A DNA stretch of 64,000 bases from an uncultured Porphyromonas sp. (GTDB lineage: Bacteria > Bacteroidota > Bacteroidia > Bacteroidales > Porphyromonadaceae): the NCBI RefSeq assembly GCF_902489635.1, contig NZ_CABUAN010000006.1:16682-80681 (forward strand), in the 5' to 3' direction. The notes beneath the pieces are model-generated. The model was not told the origin of the DNA. It saw nothing but the letters and a program-made list of their open reading frames with translations, and did not search any database. Positions 20,099 to 29,662 of this stretch are shown piece after piece. How positions within the stretch are numbered: position 1 is the first letter of the stretch; each line of letters begins with the position of its first letter. The translations under genes were made by a program, and so were the position numbers.

Positions 20099-21652
20099 AT
20101 GAGTGTACAACAAGAGAAGATAAAGCAACTCCTTGCCAAGCGTGAGGAGGCTCGTCTCGGAGGAGGCGAGGAGCGCATTGAGAAGCAACACGCCAAGGGC
20201 AAGTACACAGCTCGTGAGCGTATAGCTATGCTCCTCGATGAGGGTTCCTTTGAGGAGATCGACATGTTCGTCCAGCACCGCTGCACGAACTTTGGCATGG
20301 AGAAGAAGAAGTTCCTCGGTGACGGTGTCGTCGTAGGTAGTGGTACCATCGACGGACGTCTCGTCTACGTCTTCGCGCAGGACTTCACAGTCATCGGTGG
20401 CGCTCTCGGTGAGATGCTCGCTGCTAAAATTTGTAAGGTGATGGACCTAGCTATGACTATGGGCGCACCCTGTATCGGTCTCAACGACTCAGGTGGTGCT
20501 CGTATCCAGGAGGCTGTCAACGCACTCTGTGGCTACGGTGAGATCTTCGAGCGCAACATCCTCGCTTCAGGTGTCATACCTCAGATCTCTGGTATCTTCG
20601 GCCCCTGCGCTGGTGGTGCTGTCTACTCGCCCGCACTGACCGACTTCAACATTATGGTGCGCAACTCCAGCTACATGTTCCTCACAGGTCCTAAGGTGGT
20701 CAAGACGGTCACCGGCGAGGACGTCACACAGGAGGAGCTAGGTGGGGCCGACGTACACGCATCTAAGAGTGGCGTGGCACACTTCGCCGTAGACAACGAT
20801 GAGGCTGGCCTTCAGCTCATCCGTCAGCTGCTCTCCTTCCTACCACAAAACAACATGGAGGAGCCACCCTTCGTCGCTTGCGACGATCCCGCAGACCGCT
20901 GCGAGGATCTACTCAACGAGATCATCCCCGACTCACCAAACCGTGCTTACGATATGTACGAGGTGATCGGAGCGATCGTAGACCACGGCGAGTTCCTTGA
21001 GGTGCATCGTGACTACGCACGCAACATCATCGTCGGCTTCGCTCGCTTCAACGGGCAGAGCGTCGGTATCGTAGCCAATCAGCCCAAGGTGATGGCTGGT
21101 AGCCTCGACTGCAACTCCTCTCGCAAGGCAGCACGCTTCGTACGCTTCTGCGACGCATTCAATATCCCCATCGTCACACTCGTCGACGTGCCAGGCTTCC
21201 TCCCAGGCACTGGTCAGGAGTACAACGCTGTCATCACACACGGTGCTAAGCTCCTCTACGCTTACGGCGAGGCTACCGTACCTAAGATCACGGTCGTCCT
21301 GCGTAAGGCATACGGTGGTGCCTACATCGTGATGGGCTCTAAGCACCTACGCGCAGACATCAACTACGCTTGGCCCTCTGCTGAGATTGCCGTCATGGGT
21401 CCGTCAGGAGCCGTCGAGGTAGTCTTTGCTAAGGAGGTCAAGGCGAGCGATGACCCCGCCAAGACAGCTCTGGAGAAGGAGCAAGAGTATCGTGATGCTT
21501 TTGCCAATCCATACAATGCTGCTTCCTATGGTTACATCGACGATGTCATCGAGCCAAGGAACACCCGCTTCCGCATCGTCCGTGCGCTACAACAGCTACG
21601 CACAAAGCGTCAGACGCTCCCCGCTAAGAAGCATGACAACGTACCTCTCTAA
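20099..21652 (+). CDS. mmdA: Methylmalonyl-CoA decarboxylase alpha / acyl-CoA carboxyltransferase subunit
   Basis: [50 protein letters not shown]. Confidence 0.93.
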   Translation: MSVQQEKIKQLLAKREEARLGGGEERIEKQHAKGKYTARERIAMLLDEGSFEEIDMFVQHRCTNFGMEKKKFLGDGVVVGSGTIDGRLVYVFAQDFTVIGGALGEMLAAKICKVMDLAMTMGAPCIGLNDSGGARIQEAVNALCGYGEIFERNILASGVIPQISGIFGPCAGGAVYSPALTDFNIMVRNSSYMFLTGPKVVKTVTGEDVTQEELGGADVHASKSGVAHFAVDNDEAGLQLIRQLLSFLPQNNMEEPPFVACDDPADRCEDLLNEIIPDSPNRAYDMYEVIGAIVDHGEFLEVHRDYARNIIVGFARFNGQSVGIVANQPKVMAGSLDCNSSRKAARFVRFCDAFNIPIVTLVDVPGFLPGTGQEYNAVITHGAKLLYAYGEATVPKITVVLRKAYGGAYIVMGSKHLRADINYAWPSAEIAVMGPSGAVEVVFAKEVKASDDPAKTALEKEQEYRDAFANPYNAASYGYIDDVIEPRNTRFRIVRALQQLRTKRQTLPAKKHDNVPL

Positions 21653-21664
21653 CCCCTCCTACCG

Positions 21665-21898
21665 ATGGCTACCAAGAAGATAGAAAAGGGTAAGAAGGCA
21701 CCCGCCAAGAGAGCCAAAAAGGCCGCTACAGCACCATCTCCCGAAGAGGTTGCTATAGCACTCGCCTTAGCGCAGGCTCTAGGCTCCCCTCACGACGAGG
21801 AGTCCTATCAGCTCACGATACGACGCAAGGAGTTTGACTCCTGGTCGTTCAAGCTACAGAACATGCGTGTCACACCACAGAAGCAGTATTACATCTAA
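21665..21898 (+). CDS. Small accessory subunit (OadG/delta C-terminus- or epsilon-like), no transmembrane helix
   Basis: EEVAIALAL..HDEES..LTI.R....WS.K motif, located between the carboxyltransferase and the biotin carrier. Confidence 0.6.
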   Translation: MATKKIEKGKKAPAKRAKKAATAPSPEEVAIALALAQALGSPHDEESYQLTIRRKEFDSWSFKLQNMRVTPQKQYYI

Positions 21899-21963
21899 TC
21901 CTAAACGGCAGTACCTTAGCAGGCTAGCACGTTAGCTTGCTAAGCACCCATATCAAACCCCTT

Positions 21964-22401
21964 ATGAAAGAATATAAGTATAAGATCGATGGCAAAGAGT
22001 ACGCCGTCAAGATTGACAAGATCGAGGGTGACCAAGCTCAGCTAGAGGTCAACGGCACCCCATACAGCGTCGAGATCATACAGGAGAAGAAGAAGGAGAC
22101 CCCGAAAGTCGCCAAGTCTGCTCCTGCAGCAGCACCCGCTGCCACGGCAGCTCCCGCACCCGCTGCGGCTCCCGCCTCCACAGGCAAGGGCAAGGCAGTC
22201 AAGGCTCCCCTACCTGGCGTCATCATATCAGTAGACGTACAGGTCGGTCAGCAAGTCAAGCGCGGTCAGCAAGTCGCTGTACTCGAAGCTATGAAGATGG
22301 AGAACGGCATCAACGCTGAGTGCGACGGCACCATCACCGAGATCAAAGTCAAGGCTGGAGACTCTATCCTAGAGGGTACAGACATTCTCGTCATCGGATA
22401 A
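21964..22401 (+). CDS. mmdC: Biotin carboxyl carrier protein (gamma subunit)
   Basis: Ala/Pro linker and EAMKM biotinylation motif. Confidence 0.92.
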   Translation: MKEYKYKIDGKEYAVKIDKIEGDQAQLEVNGTPYSVEIIQEKKKETPKVAKSAPAAAPAATAAPAPAAAPASTGKGKAVKAPLPGVIISVDVQVGQQVKRGQQVAVLEAMKMENGINAECDGTITEIKVKAGDSILEGTDILVIG

Positions 22402-22457
22402 AGACTCCGTAGCACATACGACATCACTCCTAGACAGTGGCCAGGAGTAGCTATACA

Positions 22458-22516
22458 AGGCGCAGGGGGAGAGCCAATGCGACACAACGCATCGGAGAGC
22501 CTCCTCGCCTTTTTTA
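22458..22516 (+). terminator. Intrinsic terminator after mmdC
   Basis: aggcgcaggggg...ctcctcgcct imperfect stem followed by a T run. Confidence 0.6.
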
Positions 22517-22576
22517 TGCATACACTACACAGCAAGCTATCCATTAGCAACATTCACCTCAACCAACTATTTTGTC

Positions 22577-24175
22577 ATGAAACAATTACAGCACCTCATA
22601 GCAGCACTCACGGCAATCCTCTGCGTGACCCTTGCCACGAGTAGTTGCCGATCTAATCAAGAGCCAAACCCAGGTCCAGATACGATTGGCACCGACACAA
22701 CAGGTGTCGACACAACGGGCGTGACCCCACAGCCCGACCCTCAGACCTTCGAATCCATACTCAAGCTAGATGCTAATGGCAAGCTCACCGCCATCCCCTT
22801 CCCCTGTGTCGATTGGCTCGGGGGCGAGAAGGCAGTCCAAGCCTTCGAGCAGAGCAAGGGTGCTACCTTCGAGGGCTCTGTAGATAATAAAGGCAAGAAG
22901 ATCCTCCGCTACAAGACCAATGACCCCAAGGGACAGCAGCCTTCGCGCATGTACGTCATCGATCCTACTAAGGCAACTCTCGAGACCTCTTCCATACTGA
23001 TTGCGACGGATCTAGTCGCCGAGGGAAACGACATCAATGACAACATGGAGATCCTCCTCAGCGATGCTGGCTATCAGATGATTCCCGACGATAAGAACAT
23101 CATGTACTCCAACGGCACTTACTGGCTCACCTTCTCTAAGGCAAATGATCAGTTTTGGATGATTACCTACAAGTCGTCAGGCGACCCCTCCAAGCATGCA
23201 GGCATCCTACAGATCAAGGACTTCCCCTATCTCAAGAAGGAGACCAAGATGAGTGCCTACACCTTTGAGGAGATCGAGGCTTACGAAAAGCAGCTCGGGC
23301 TACGCAAGCAGACTAAGAAGACGGCTACCAGTGTCACCTATGAAGCGATCGACCCCAGCAAGGTGAACTTCGCCCATGTTCGCTATGTCATCAATCCTGG
23401 TGACGAAGGCTCTTCTGGTCCGAATGTACTCACCAAGCGATTTACAAAGGCTATGTACAAGCAACCAGAGCTACGCTCTTACTTCGAGCTCAACGGCTTC
23501 ACCTATGAAGGTTCTTCTGGCGCCTCCGCAGAGAAATTCGTCAACAAGGATCTCGCAGTACGCCTTATGCTTTTTAGCCATCCTCAGGCACCAGATGAGG
23601 CGCAGATCATATTCCAAGACGCTCCCGACCTCTATCACAAGGATCCGAAGCCTGTTGATCCCACCTTCCAGGCTCTCTACCTGCCACTGCTAGACGTCTT
23701 CGGTCAGAAGATTAGCAAGGACAGCCCCATCTTCGCTCGTGAGAAAGAGTTACACCCCGACTGTGACGTTACGTTCAAACCAGCCAATCCAGATGCTGGA
23801 TATAAATACGATGCTATCAAGGTAGACATGCCAGTTACCTCCAAGCTCGATCCCACAGATCGCAACAAGCCTCGTGCTGTAAGCTACAGCTACGAGTCTA
23901 CAAGTGGATCGACCATAGAGCAGATCACTTACGTCTTCTCTCAAGACTGGGAGAGAGCCAAGATTGCAGGCGACGATCCCCTCATCAAGGACTTTATGAC
24001 GAAGAACGGCTTTACTTACAAGGGTAAGGAAAAGATCGACCAGCCCTTTATGAAGGCCGACCTCTATCAATACTACAACGCTCAGCGAGGTGTCTACTTT
24101 GAGTACAGCCTAGTATCTAGTCCGTTCCCAGGTTCAATGGGCGTCTTCACCAAGACCCCGACGGTAACGCTCTAG
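22577..24175 (+). CDS. Hypothetical lipoprotein with three internal ~150-aa repeats
   Basis: TSSC lipobox; recurring P.(L)...(V/I).A(F/Y/R)E..(G) and GF/GY motifs. Confidence 0.8.
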   Translation: MKQLQHLIAALTAILCVTLATSSCRSNQEPNPGPDTIGTDTTGVDTTGVTPQPDPQTFESILKLDANGKLTAIPFPCVDWLGGEKAVQAFEQSKGATFEGSVDNKGKKILRYKTNDPKGQQPSRMYVIDPTKATLETSSILIATDLVAEGNDINDNMEILLSDAGYQMIPDDKNIMYSNGTYWLTFSKANDQFWMITYKSSGDPSKHAGILQIKDFPYLKKETKMSAYTFEEIEAYEKQLGLRKQTKKTATSVTYEAIDPSKVNFAHVRYVINPGDEGSSGPNVLTKRFTKAMYKQPELRSYFELNGFTYEGSSGASAEKFVNKDLAVRLMLFSHPQAPDEAQIIFQDAPDLYHKDPKPVDPTFQALYLPLLDVFGQKISKDSPIFAREKELHPDCDVTFKPANPDAGYKYDAIKVDMPVTSKLDPTDRNKPRAVSYSYESTSGSTIEQITYVFSQDWERAKIAGDDPLIKDFMTKNGFTYKGKEKIDQPFMKADLYQYYNAQRGVYFEYSLVSSPFPGSMGVFTKTPTVTL

Positions 24176-24204
24176 TCCTGTAGAGACAGAGCCTTTACAC
24201 ACAA

Positions 24205-24244
24205 GAGCCAGCTCCTCGACCCATGCGCGTCGGGGAGCTGGCTT
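24205..24244 (+). terminator. Hairpin terminator
   Basis: agccagctcctcgac / gtcggggagctggct stem. Confidence 0.65.
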
Positions 24245-24430
24245 GCTGTTTCATCCAGCCCAGAAGCCCATCTTTTTGCGCAAGATCGGGACAGCGTGGC
24301 CCGATTTTGCGCTTTTATTTCGTCGTTTTGGCCCGATTCGATGCTGTTGCAGACCTTTATCGTAGCGTGTGCTTTTGGTGATGTCGGGACTTTTGTCTAT
24401 CTTAGAGGTCGATTTTAACGAGTATAACAG

Positions 24431-24910
24431 ATGAAACCAATACAATTCATACAGAAGTCTCTCCTGCTCATGACTGCGCTACTCACACTCAGTGTGGCTT
24501 GCACAGCTCAGAGCAAGGAGCAGCAAGAGACCGCCAAAGCAGAGATACTGCACATCAATGCTAACTATATGCGCGAGCACATCTACGACTTTGAGGCGCA
24601 TCCCGACACCTTCGTATACAAAGGTGACAAGCCCGCCATCATCGACTTTTACGCCGATTGGTGCCGTCCTTGTCGTCAGCTGGCTCCCAAGCTACAGAAG
24701 GTGGCCGACCGCTACGCTGACCAGCTCGTTGTCTACAAGGTCAATGTGGACGAGAACCCGCAGCTGGCCGCACGCTTTGGCGTCCAGAGCATCCCGATGG
24801 TACTCTTCGTACCACTCAACGATCTACCCTACAAGAGCCTCGGCGACCTCCCCATGGACCACATCGAGGGGCTCCTCGGCAAGATAGGCGTCAAAACCGA
24901 TAACCAGTAA
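24431..24910 (+). CDS. Exported thioredoxin
   Basis: Signal/lipoprotein peptide; IDFYADWCRPC; FGVQSIP. Confidence 0.9.
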   Translation: MKPIQFIQKSLLLMTALLTLSVACTAQSKEQQETAKAEILHINANYMREHIYDFEAHPDTFVYKGDKPAIIDFYADWCRPCRQLAPKLQKVADRYADQLVVYKVNVDENPQLAARFGVQSIPMVLFVPLNDLPYKSLGDLPMDHIEGLLGKIGVKTDNQ

Positions 24911-24949
24911 AACACTTAATACACAGTAACTATAAACCAAACAAACATT

Positions 24950-25474
24950 ATGTCTACAGTAAAATTTCAAGATAAGATCACTGTCACCCTCGCAGGTGAG
25001 CAACCTAAGGTAGGGACGATGGCTCCCAACTTCGAGCTAGTCCGCAAGGATCTCTCCACGGCCAAGCTCTCAGACTACCGTGGCAAGCGTGTCGTCCTCA
25101 ACATCTTCCCCAGCATCGACACTGGCGTCTGCGCAGCATCTGTACGTCGCTTCAACGCTGAGGCTGCTAAGCTCGACAACACCGTCGTCCTCTGCATCTC
25201 TCAGGATCTGCCCTTCGCACAGGCTCGCTTCTGCGGTGCTGAGGGTCTGGACAATGTCGAGACGCTCTCTACCTTCCGCTGCTGCACGGTTCCCTCTTCA
25301 GAGCCTGCTTTCTGCAAGGGCTACGGGCTAATGATGCAGGACGGACCTCTCGCAGGGCTACAGGCTCGCTGCGTCATCGTCATCGATGCTGACGGCAAGG
25401 TCATCTACGAGGAGCTAGTTCCCGAGATCACTCAGGAGCCTAACTACGACAAGGCTATCGCTGCGCTCAAGTAA
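24950..25474 (+). CDS. tpx: Thiol peroxidase (atypical 2-Cys peroxiredoxin)
   Basis: [41 protein letters not shown]. Confidence 0.95.
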   Translation: MSTVKFQDKITVTLAGEQPKVGTMAPNFELVRKDLSTAKLSDYRGKRVVLNIFPSIDTGVCAASVRRFNAEAAKLDNTVVLCISQDLPFAQARFCGAEGLDNVETLSTFRCCTVPSSEPAFCKGYGLMMQDGPLAGLQARCVIVIDADGKVIYEELVPEITQEPNYDKAIAALK

Positions 25475-25764
25475 GCGCATCCTCACACATACGGAGACGA
25501 CGGCGTCACAGCCCCCCGCCTCCTCACATACGACAGTGGCACCACACCCCATAGACATGCTATGGTGTGTGGTGTCTCTCTTTTCGGTTTTGCCGAGATG
25601 CACTACTTGTCGTAAGACGGATAGTCCTCGTAACCTCTTTAGAACTTCACTAGCAGGAGGTCCTATTTTCTTCGCGGATAGTCTTCTTTATCGAGGGTTG
25701 TGAGGCGGGGAGAGCGTTCATTCGAAGATTATCGTTACTTTTGTAGCATTAATCAGTAGAAACT

Positions 25765-26754
25765 ATGACGCAGGTATCAGATCTAGAGAATCGTCAAGCA
25801 TATATTACCCAGCAGAGCGGCTTCATACGCCAGCTGCAGGAGGGGATGCACACCACGATCATCGGGCAGGAGCATCTTGTGGAGTCGCTCTTGATCGGTT
25901 TGCTAGCCGACGGGCATATCCTCCTCGAGGGTGTGCCAGGGCTTGCTAAGACGCTCGCTATCACGACGCTCGCTAAGCTCATCGATGCAGACTACAGCCG
26001 CATACAGTTTACCCCCGACCTACTCCCGGCCGACCTCATCGGTACGCTGATCTACAGTCAGCGCAGTGAGTCCTTTTCGGTCAAGAAGGGTCCTATCTTC
26101 GCTCACTTTGTCCTCGCTGATGAGATCAACCGCGCTCCAGCCAAGGTGCAGAGTGCACTCCTCGAGGCGATGCAAGAGCGACAGGTGACGCTCGGTGAGG
26201 AGACTTATCCGCTACCCTCGCCTTTCCTCGTGATGGCGACGCAAAACCCGATCGAGCAGGAGGGTACCTACCGACTACCTGAGGCGCAGGTAGACCGCTT
26301 CCTCCTCAAGGTGGTGCTGGACTACCCCTCGCACGAAGAGGAGATGAAGATCATTGAGATGAATCTGGCTAGTCAGCTACCCACGGTAAAGCCTGTTACA
26401 ACTGCCCAGCAGATCTTAGCAGCTCGCGAAGCGGTGCAGCAAGTTTATCTCGATGAGAAGATACTCCGCTACATTGTGGATCTAGTGATGGCGACACGAC
26501 AGACGGAGGGCGTCCCCGCTCTACAAGGGATGATCGCTTATGGGGCTTCGCCACGTGCATCGATCTCGCTAGCAGCAGCTGCACGGGCCTACGCCTTCAT
26601 CGCTCAGAGAGCCTATGTGATCCCTGAGGATGTGCGTGCCGTGTGCCACGACGTGTTGCGTCATCGTCTCGGAATGAGCTACGAAGCCGACGCTGTCGGT
26701 ATGAGTGCTGACAAGGCGATCGATGAAATCATCAACGTGGTGCCGGTACCTTAA
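25765..26754 (+). CDS. moxR: MoxR family AAA+ ATPase
   Basis: EGVPGLAKT, RIQFTPDLLPAD, DEINRAPAKVQSALLEAM, ATQNPIEQEGTY; TACTTTTG box at 25736. Confidence 0.95.
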   Translation: MTQVSDLENRQAYITQQSGFIRQLQEGMHTTIIGQEHLVESLLIGLLADGHILLEGVPGLAKTLAITTLAKLIDADYSRIQFTPDLLPADLIGTLIYSQRSESFSVKKGPIFAHFVLADEINRAPAKVQSALLEAMQERQVTLGEETYPLPSPFLVMATQNPIEQEGTYRLPEAQVDRFLLKVVLDYPSHEEEMKIIEMNLASQLPTVKPVTTAQQILAAREAVQQVYLDEKILRYIVDLVMATRQTEGVPALQGMIAYGASPRASISLAAAARAYAFIAQRAYVIPEDVRAVCHDVLRHRLGMSYEADAVGMSADKAIDEIINVVPVP

Positions 26755-26874
26755 TTGGCTGTTGGCTGTTGGCTATTAGCTAAAAGTATCGGAGCCATCG
26801 GAATGATCGGACATCTAGCTTCTAATCTCTAACCTCTAAGGTCTAATCTCTAACTTCTAACCTCTAATTTCTAA
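26755..26874 (+). repeat. Tripartite short-repeat mosaic: (TGGCTGT)n-(ATCGGAnnn)n-(CTAAYYT)n
   Basis: Fills the whole moxR-DUF58 intergenic space; the same three blocks recur in the same order at 27990-28092. Confidence 0.9.
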
Positions 26875-27747
26875 ATGCAGGATCTCCTACGCAAGGTCAG
26901 ACGCATCGAAATCAAAGCTCGGGGTCTCAGTCAAAACATCTTGGCTGGGCAGTACCGTTCGGCCTTTAAGGGGCGAGGAATGGCTTTTAGCGAGGTGCGG
27001 GAGTACTACATAGGAGATGATGTGCGTGACATTGACTGGAACGTGACGGCACGCTACGCGCAGCCGCATGTCAAGGTCTTTGAGGAGGAGCGCGAACTAA
27101 CTATCATGCTCCTCGTAGATGTCTCTCACAGTCTAGACTTCGGCTCTACAAGTGAGACGAAGCGGGATCTGGTGGCGACGATCGCTGCAACGATCGCTTT
27201 TGCCTGCATTCACAACAACGACCGTGTCGGACTGATGCTCTACACCGACCGTGTGGAGCGCTACATCCCCGCCGGGCAGGGGCGTAAGCATGTACTGCAG
27301 CTCATTCGTGAGATCCTGACTTACCGCCCTGAGCGTCACTCTACGCAGATCTCCTCTAGTCTAGAGATGCTCTCACGAGTGGTCAAGAAGCGCTGCTCAG
27401 CCTTTATCGTGAGTGACTTCATCACGGAGGCACCGACCGATGCGGAGCGCGCCCTGATCCAGCGCACGGCTCGGAGACACGACCTGCTGGCCATACGCGT
27501 TGTGGACAGACGTGACTACGACCTCTCTGCTATGGGCTTGACGCTCGTGCGTGACCTAGAGACGGGAGCAAGTCGCTACGTAGACACCTCGTCGGAGCGA
27601 CTTCGTGAGCAGTACGCGACCAACTATACGACCTTTGCCGCCGAATGGGAGCGTCTGATGCGTGAGTCGGGCATCGACCACGCCATCGCCGAGACTGGCG
27701 AAGACATCATCCCCGTTCTCTCGCAGCTCTTCCGCAAGCGCATCTAA
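26875..27747 (+). CDS. DUF58 (VWA-like) protein
   Basis: G.YRSAFKGRGMAFSEVREY..GDDVRDIDWNVTAR, FEEERE, VDVSHS. Confidence 0.93.
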   Translation: MQDLLRKVRRIEIKARGLSQNILAGQYRSAFKGRGMAFSEVREYYIGDDVRDIDWNVTARYAQPHVKVFEEERELTIMLLVDVSHSLDFGSTSETKRDLVATIAATIAFACIHNNDRVGLMLYTDRVERYIPAGQGRKHVLQLIREILTYRPERHSTQISSSLEMLSRVVKKRCSAFIVSDFITEAPTDAERALIQRTARRHDLLAIRVVDRRDYDLSAMGLTLVRDLETGASRYVDTSSERLREQYATNYTTFAAEWERLMRESGIDHAIAETGEDIIPVLSQLFRKRI

Positions 27748-27989
27748 CTAAACGAGAGTGGCCGAAGACTCCCTTCACTCTTGTTCATGATACAGACATC
27801 TATCATCTGCAAGGGGACACATCTCGCACGTAGCACACGATAGGCGTTAGCTATCAGCAAGATACAATCACTAGATCTAAACAAACATCTAGCACACTGC
27901 CCGAACAAAGATCTCTCATCTCAGTGAAGCTTTCGGTGCTTATTTACCTCCCCGGCTGACGCATTATAATATAATGTGTCACCTATGGA

Positions 27990-28092
27990 TTGGCTGTTGG
28001 CTGTTAGCTATTGGCTGTTAGCTATCGGAACCATCGGAGCTATCAGAGTGATCGGATCTCTAATCTCTAACTTCTAACCTCTAATCTCTAAT
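27990..28092 (+). repeat. Tripartite short-repeat mosaic, second copy
   Basis: tggctgt/tagctat heptamers, then atcggaacc/atcggagct nonamers, then ctaatct/ctaactt heptamers. Confidence 0.9.
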
Positions 28093-28119
28093 CCACCCTC
28101 CGATCCACCCTGATGGATA

Positions 28120-28371
28120 GGACCTCGCAAGAGGTCCGACGAATCATAGCCGTGGGTCGGAGGGGCAAAGCCCCGAACGACCCACGGGGACAAGACGATA
28201 GCAGCTTATCGACCCCTTGTGGGTCGGACTAGACGCAGCTTATAGTTACAGCTCCAGTCCGACCTCCCACAATGGGGAGGTCGCTTACTTCACATGGCAC
28301 TCCTACCCCCAGTCGTTCGGGGCGTAGCCCCTCCGACTGGGGGCTATGATTCGTCCGACCGCAAGCGGTCG
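28120..28371. repeat. ~250-bp nested palindromic (REP-doublet-like) element
   Basis: Arms gacgaatcatagcc..gtcggagggg..ccccgaacgac and gtcgttcgggg..cccctccgac..ggctatgattcgtc are mutually inverted; GC-rich sub-hairpins include two with GCAA loops. Confidence 0.8.
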
Positions 28372-28385
28372 TATCGCTCCGATCC

Positions 28386-28719
28386 CTAATTTCTAATCTC
28401 TAACTTCTAACCCCTAATCTCTAATTACATATCTTTACAGGGAAATTCGTCCGATTCCCTCCTTTCTCGAATATCCACGTGGGAAATCTCAAATCTCCAC
28501 GTGGATATTTTTTATTTTCCACGTGGGCGTCAAAAAATTCCTCCGAAGTTTCATTTGATTCCTCCGAAGAATTTTTTATTCCCTACCTGGGAAATAAAAA
28601 TTCTCCACCTGGATATTTCGAAATATCCACGTGGAAATCAGTTTTCCCCGACATGACGCCGTTTTGATATGTAGTTGGTTCTAAATTATTGTAACACACC
28701 AACGTTGTATTTCCCCAGC
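28386..28719 (+). repeat. Heptamer run plus CCACGTGG/21-bp element, copy 3
   Basis: Heptamers 28386-28420; TTACATATC at 28425; octamers at 28475, 28497, 28519, 28583, 28605, 28627; two 21-bp units. Confidence 0.9.
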
Positions 28720-28812
28720 TAGGAATGACGCATCATAATCGATCTTTCAGAAGCTACACATAGCGACCAGAGAGGAATAGGTGAGTTCATTATATATAAT
28801 GCATCAGTCCTG
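28720..28812. mobile_element. 93-bp CAGGG-family MITE copy
   Basis: taggaatgacgcatcat ... ataatgcatcagtcctg; same length as 4062-4154 and shares the agctacacat core. Confidence 0.65.
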
Positions 28813-28827
28813 GTACTTCACCAACCA

Positions 28828-28862
28828 TTTTGACCTTTACGCCGTTTTTTTCCCTACATTTG
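28828..28862 (+). promoter_or_regulatory. Candidate promoter for the cargo array (-33 TTTG, -7 TACATTTG)
   Basis: tttg near 28829-28832 and TACATTTG at 28855-28862, 32 nt upstream of ATG 28895. Confidence 0.6.
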
Positions 28863-28894
28863 TAACCGTGTTGCACTTGACACTGGACTGTGCG

Positions 28895-29356
28895 ATGAAG
28901 AAACAATTATTGAAGATGTTGCTAATAATAGGAGCTGGAATTGCATCCTATTTTATAATAATATATCCACTGAACTGGGGTATATCTGAAGAACTTGGGA
29001 GTGGTTTTATAATCACATCAGACAAAAGTTTATTATATAGAGATGGTAATACGGAGTATTTTGTACTTCCATTTGGAGTGACGAAATATAAATACAATAC
29101 AAAATGGATTGTGGCATACACCGAAGGATATTCCATAACACGCAATTTACAGGAGAAGAAAAATAGTTCAAGTCTAACCAATTATTGGATTATCGACAAA
29201 GAAATGCCAATACATCACAATAAGCAGGACTCTGTTGTTTTATACATAAATGGCATTGCCTATCCTATTATTACTAATGGGTTAATAGGACCAATGGATT
29301 CTTTGTCTTTTATTGATTCTGTTAGAAAATTCGACATTCCCCTAAGAATAAATTGA
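28895..29356 (+). CDS. DUF3997-like membrane-anchored protein, candidate immunity protein
   Basis: N-terminal helix; ELGSGF, V..Y.YN..WIVA, YWIIDK, GPMD..SF pattern recalled for DUF3997; AT-rich. Confidence 0.55.
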   Translation: MKKQLLKMLLIIGAGIASYFIIIYPLNWGISEELGSGFIITSDKSLLYRDGNTEYFVLPFGVTKYKYNTKWIVAYTEGYSITRNLQEKKNSSSLTNYWIIDKEMPIHHNKQDSVVLYINGIAYPIITNGLIGPMDSLSFIDSVRKFDIPLRIN

Positions 29357-29416
29357 ACTATCACTGTCCGATGATTTTCATCTCGCTCAAAAACTGGTCC
29401 ACCCGAGATTCTGTGT

Positions 29417-29662
29417 GATGACCTGATTGCGGGCAAAGAAAGAAGCTGGCTCTATCTTCATCCTGGAAATGTAAGCTGGGGCTGTGTTACGGTTTGTAGA
29501 AACAACACGCTATCCCCTGAGGAAAGGGAACAGGAATGGCATATAATTCATAATATGATAAGTCATACAAAAACGGAGAAAGTCCCCGACAATCGTGGAT
29601 TACATAAGTATTTCCCTGGTAAGCAGATTAAGTTTGGCGTTCTAAAAGTTCGAGATAGATGA
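29417..29662 (+). pseudogene. Start-less C-terminal fragment of a Tlde1/DUF2778-like toxin
   Basis: Hand translation: DDLIAGKERSWLYLHPGNVSWGCVTVCRNN..FGVLKVRDR*. In-frame TGA at 29372 upstream and no ATG before the motif; the stop overlaps the next ATG (ATGA). Confidence 0.7.

Noticed and set aside
29357..29416. Possible additional IS4-like end (tatcactgtccg) before the Tlde1-like fragment
   Set aside because: Only about 6 nt match the other IS ends; too weak to call without a search.
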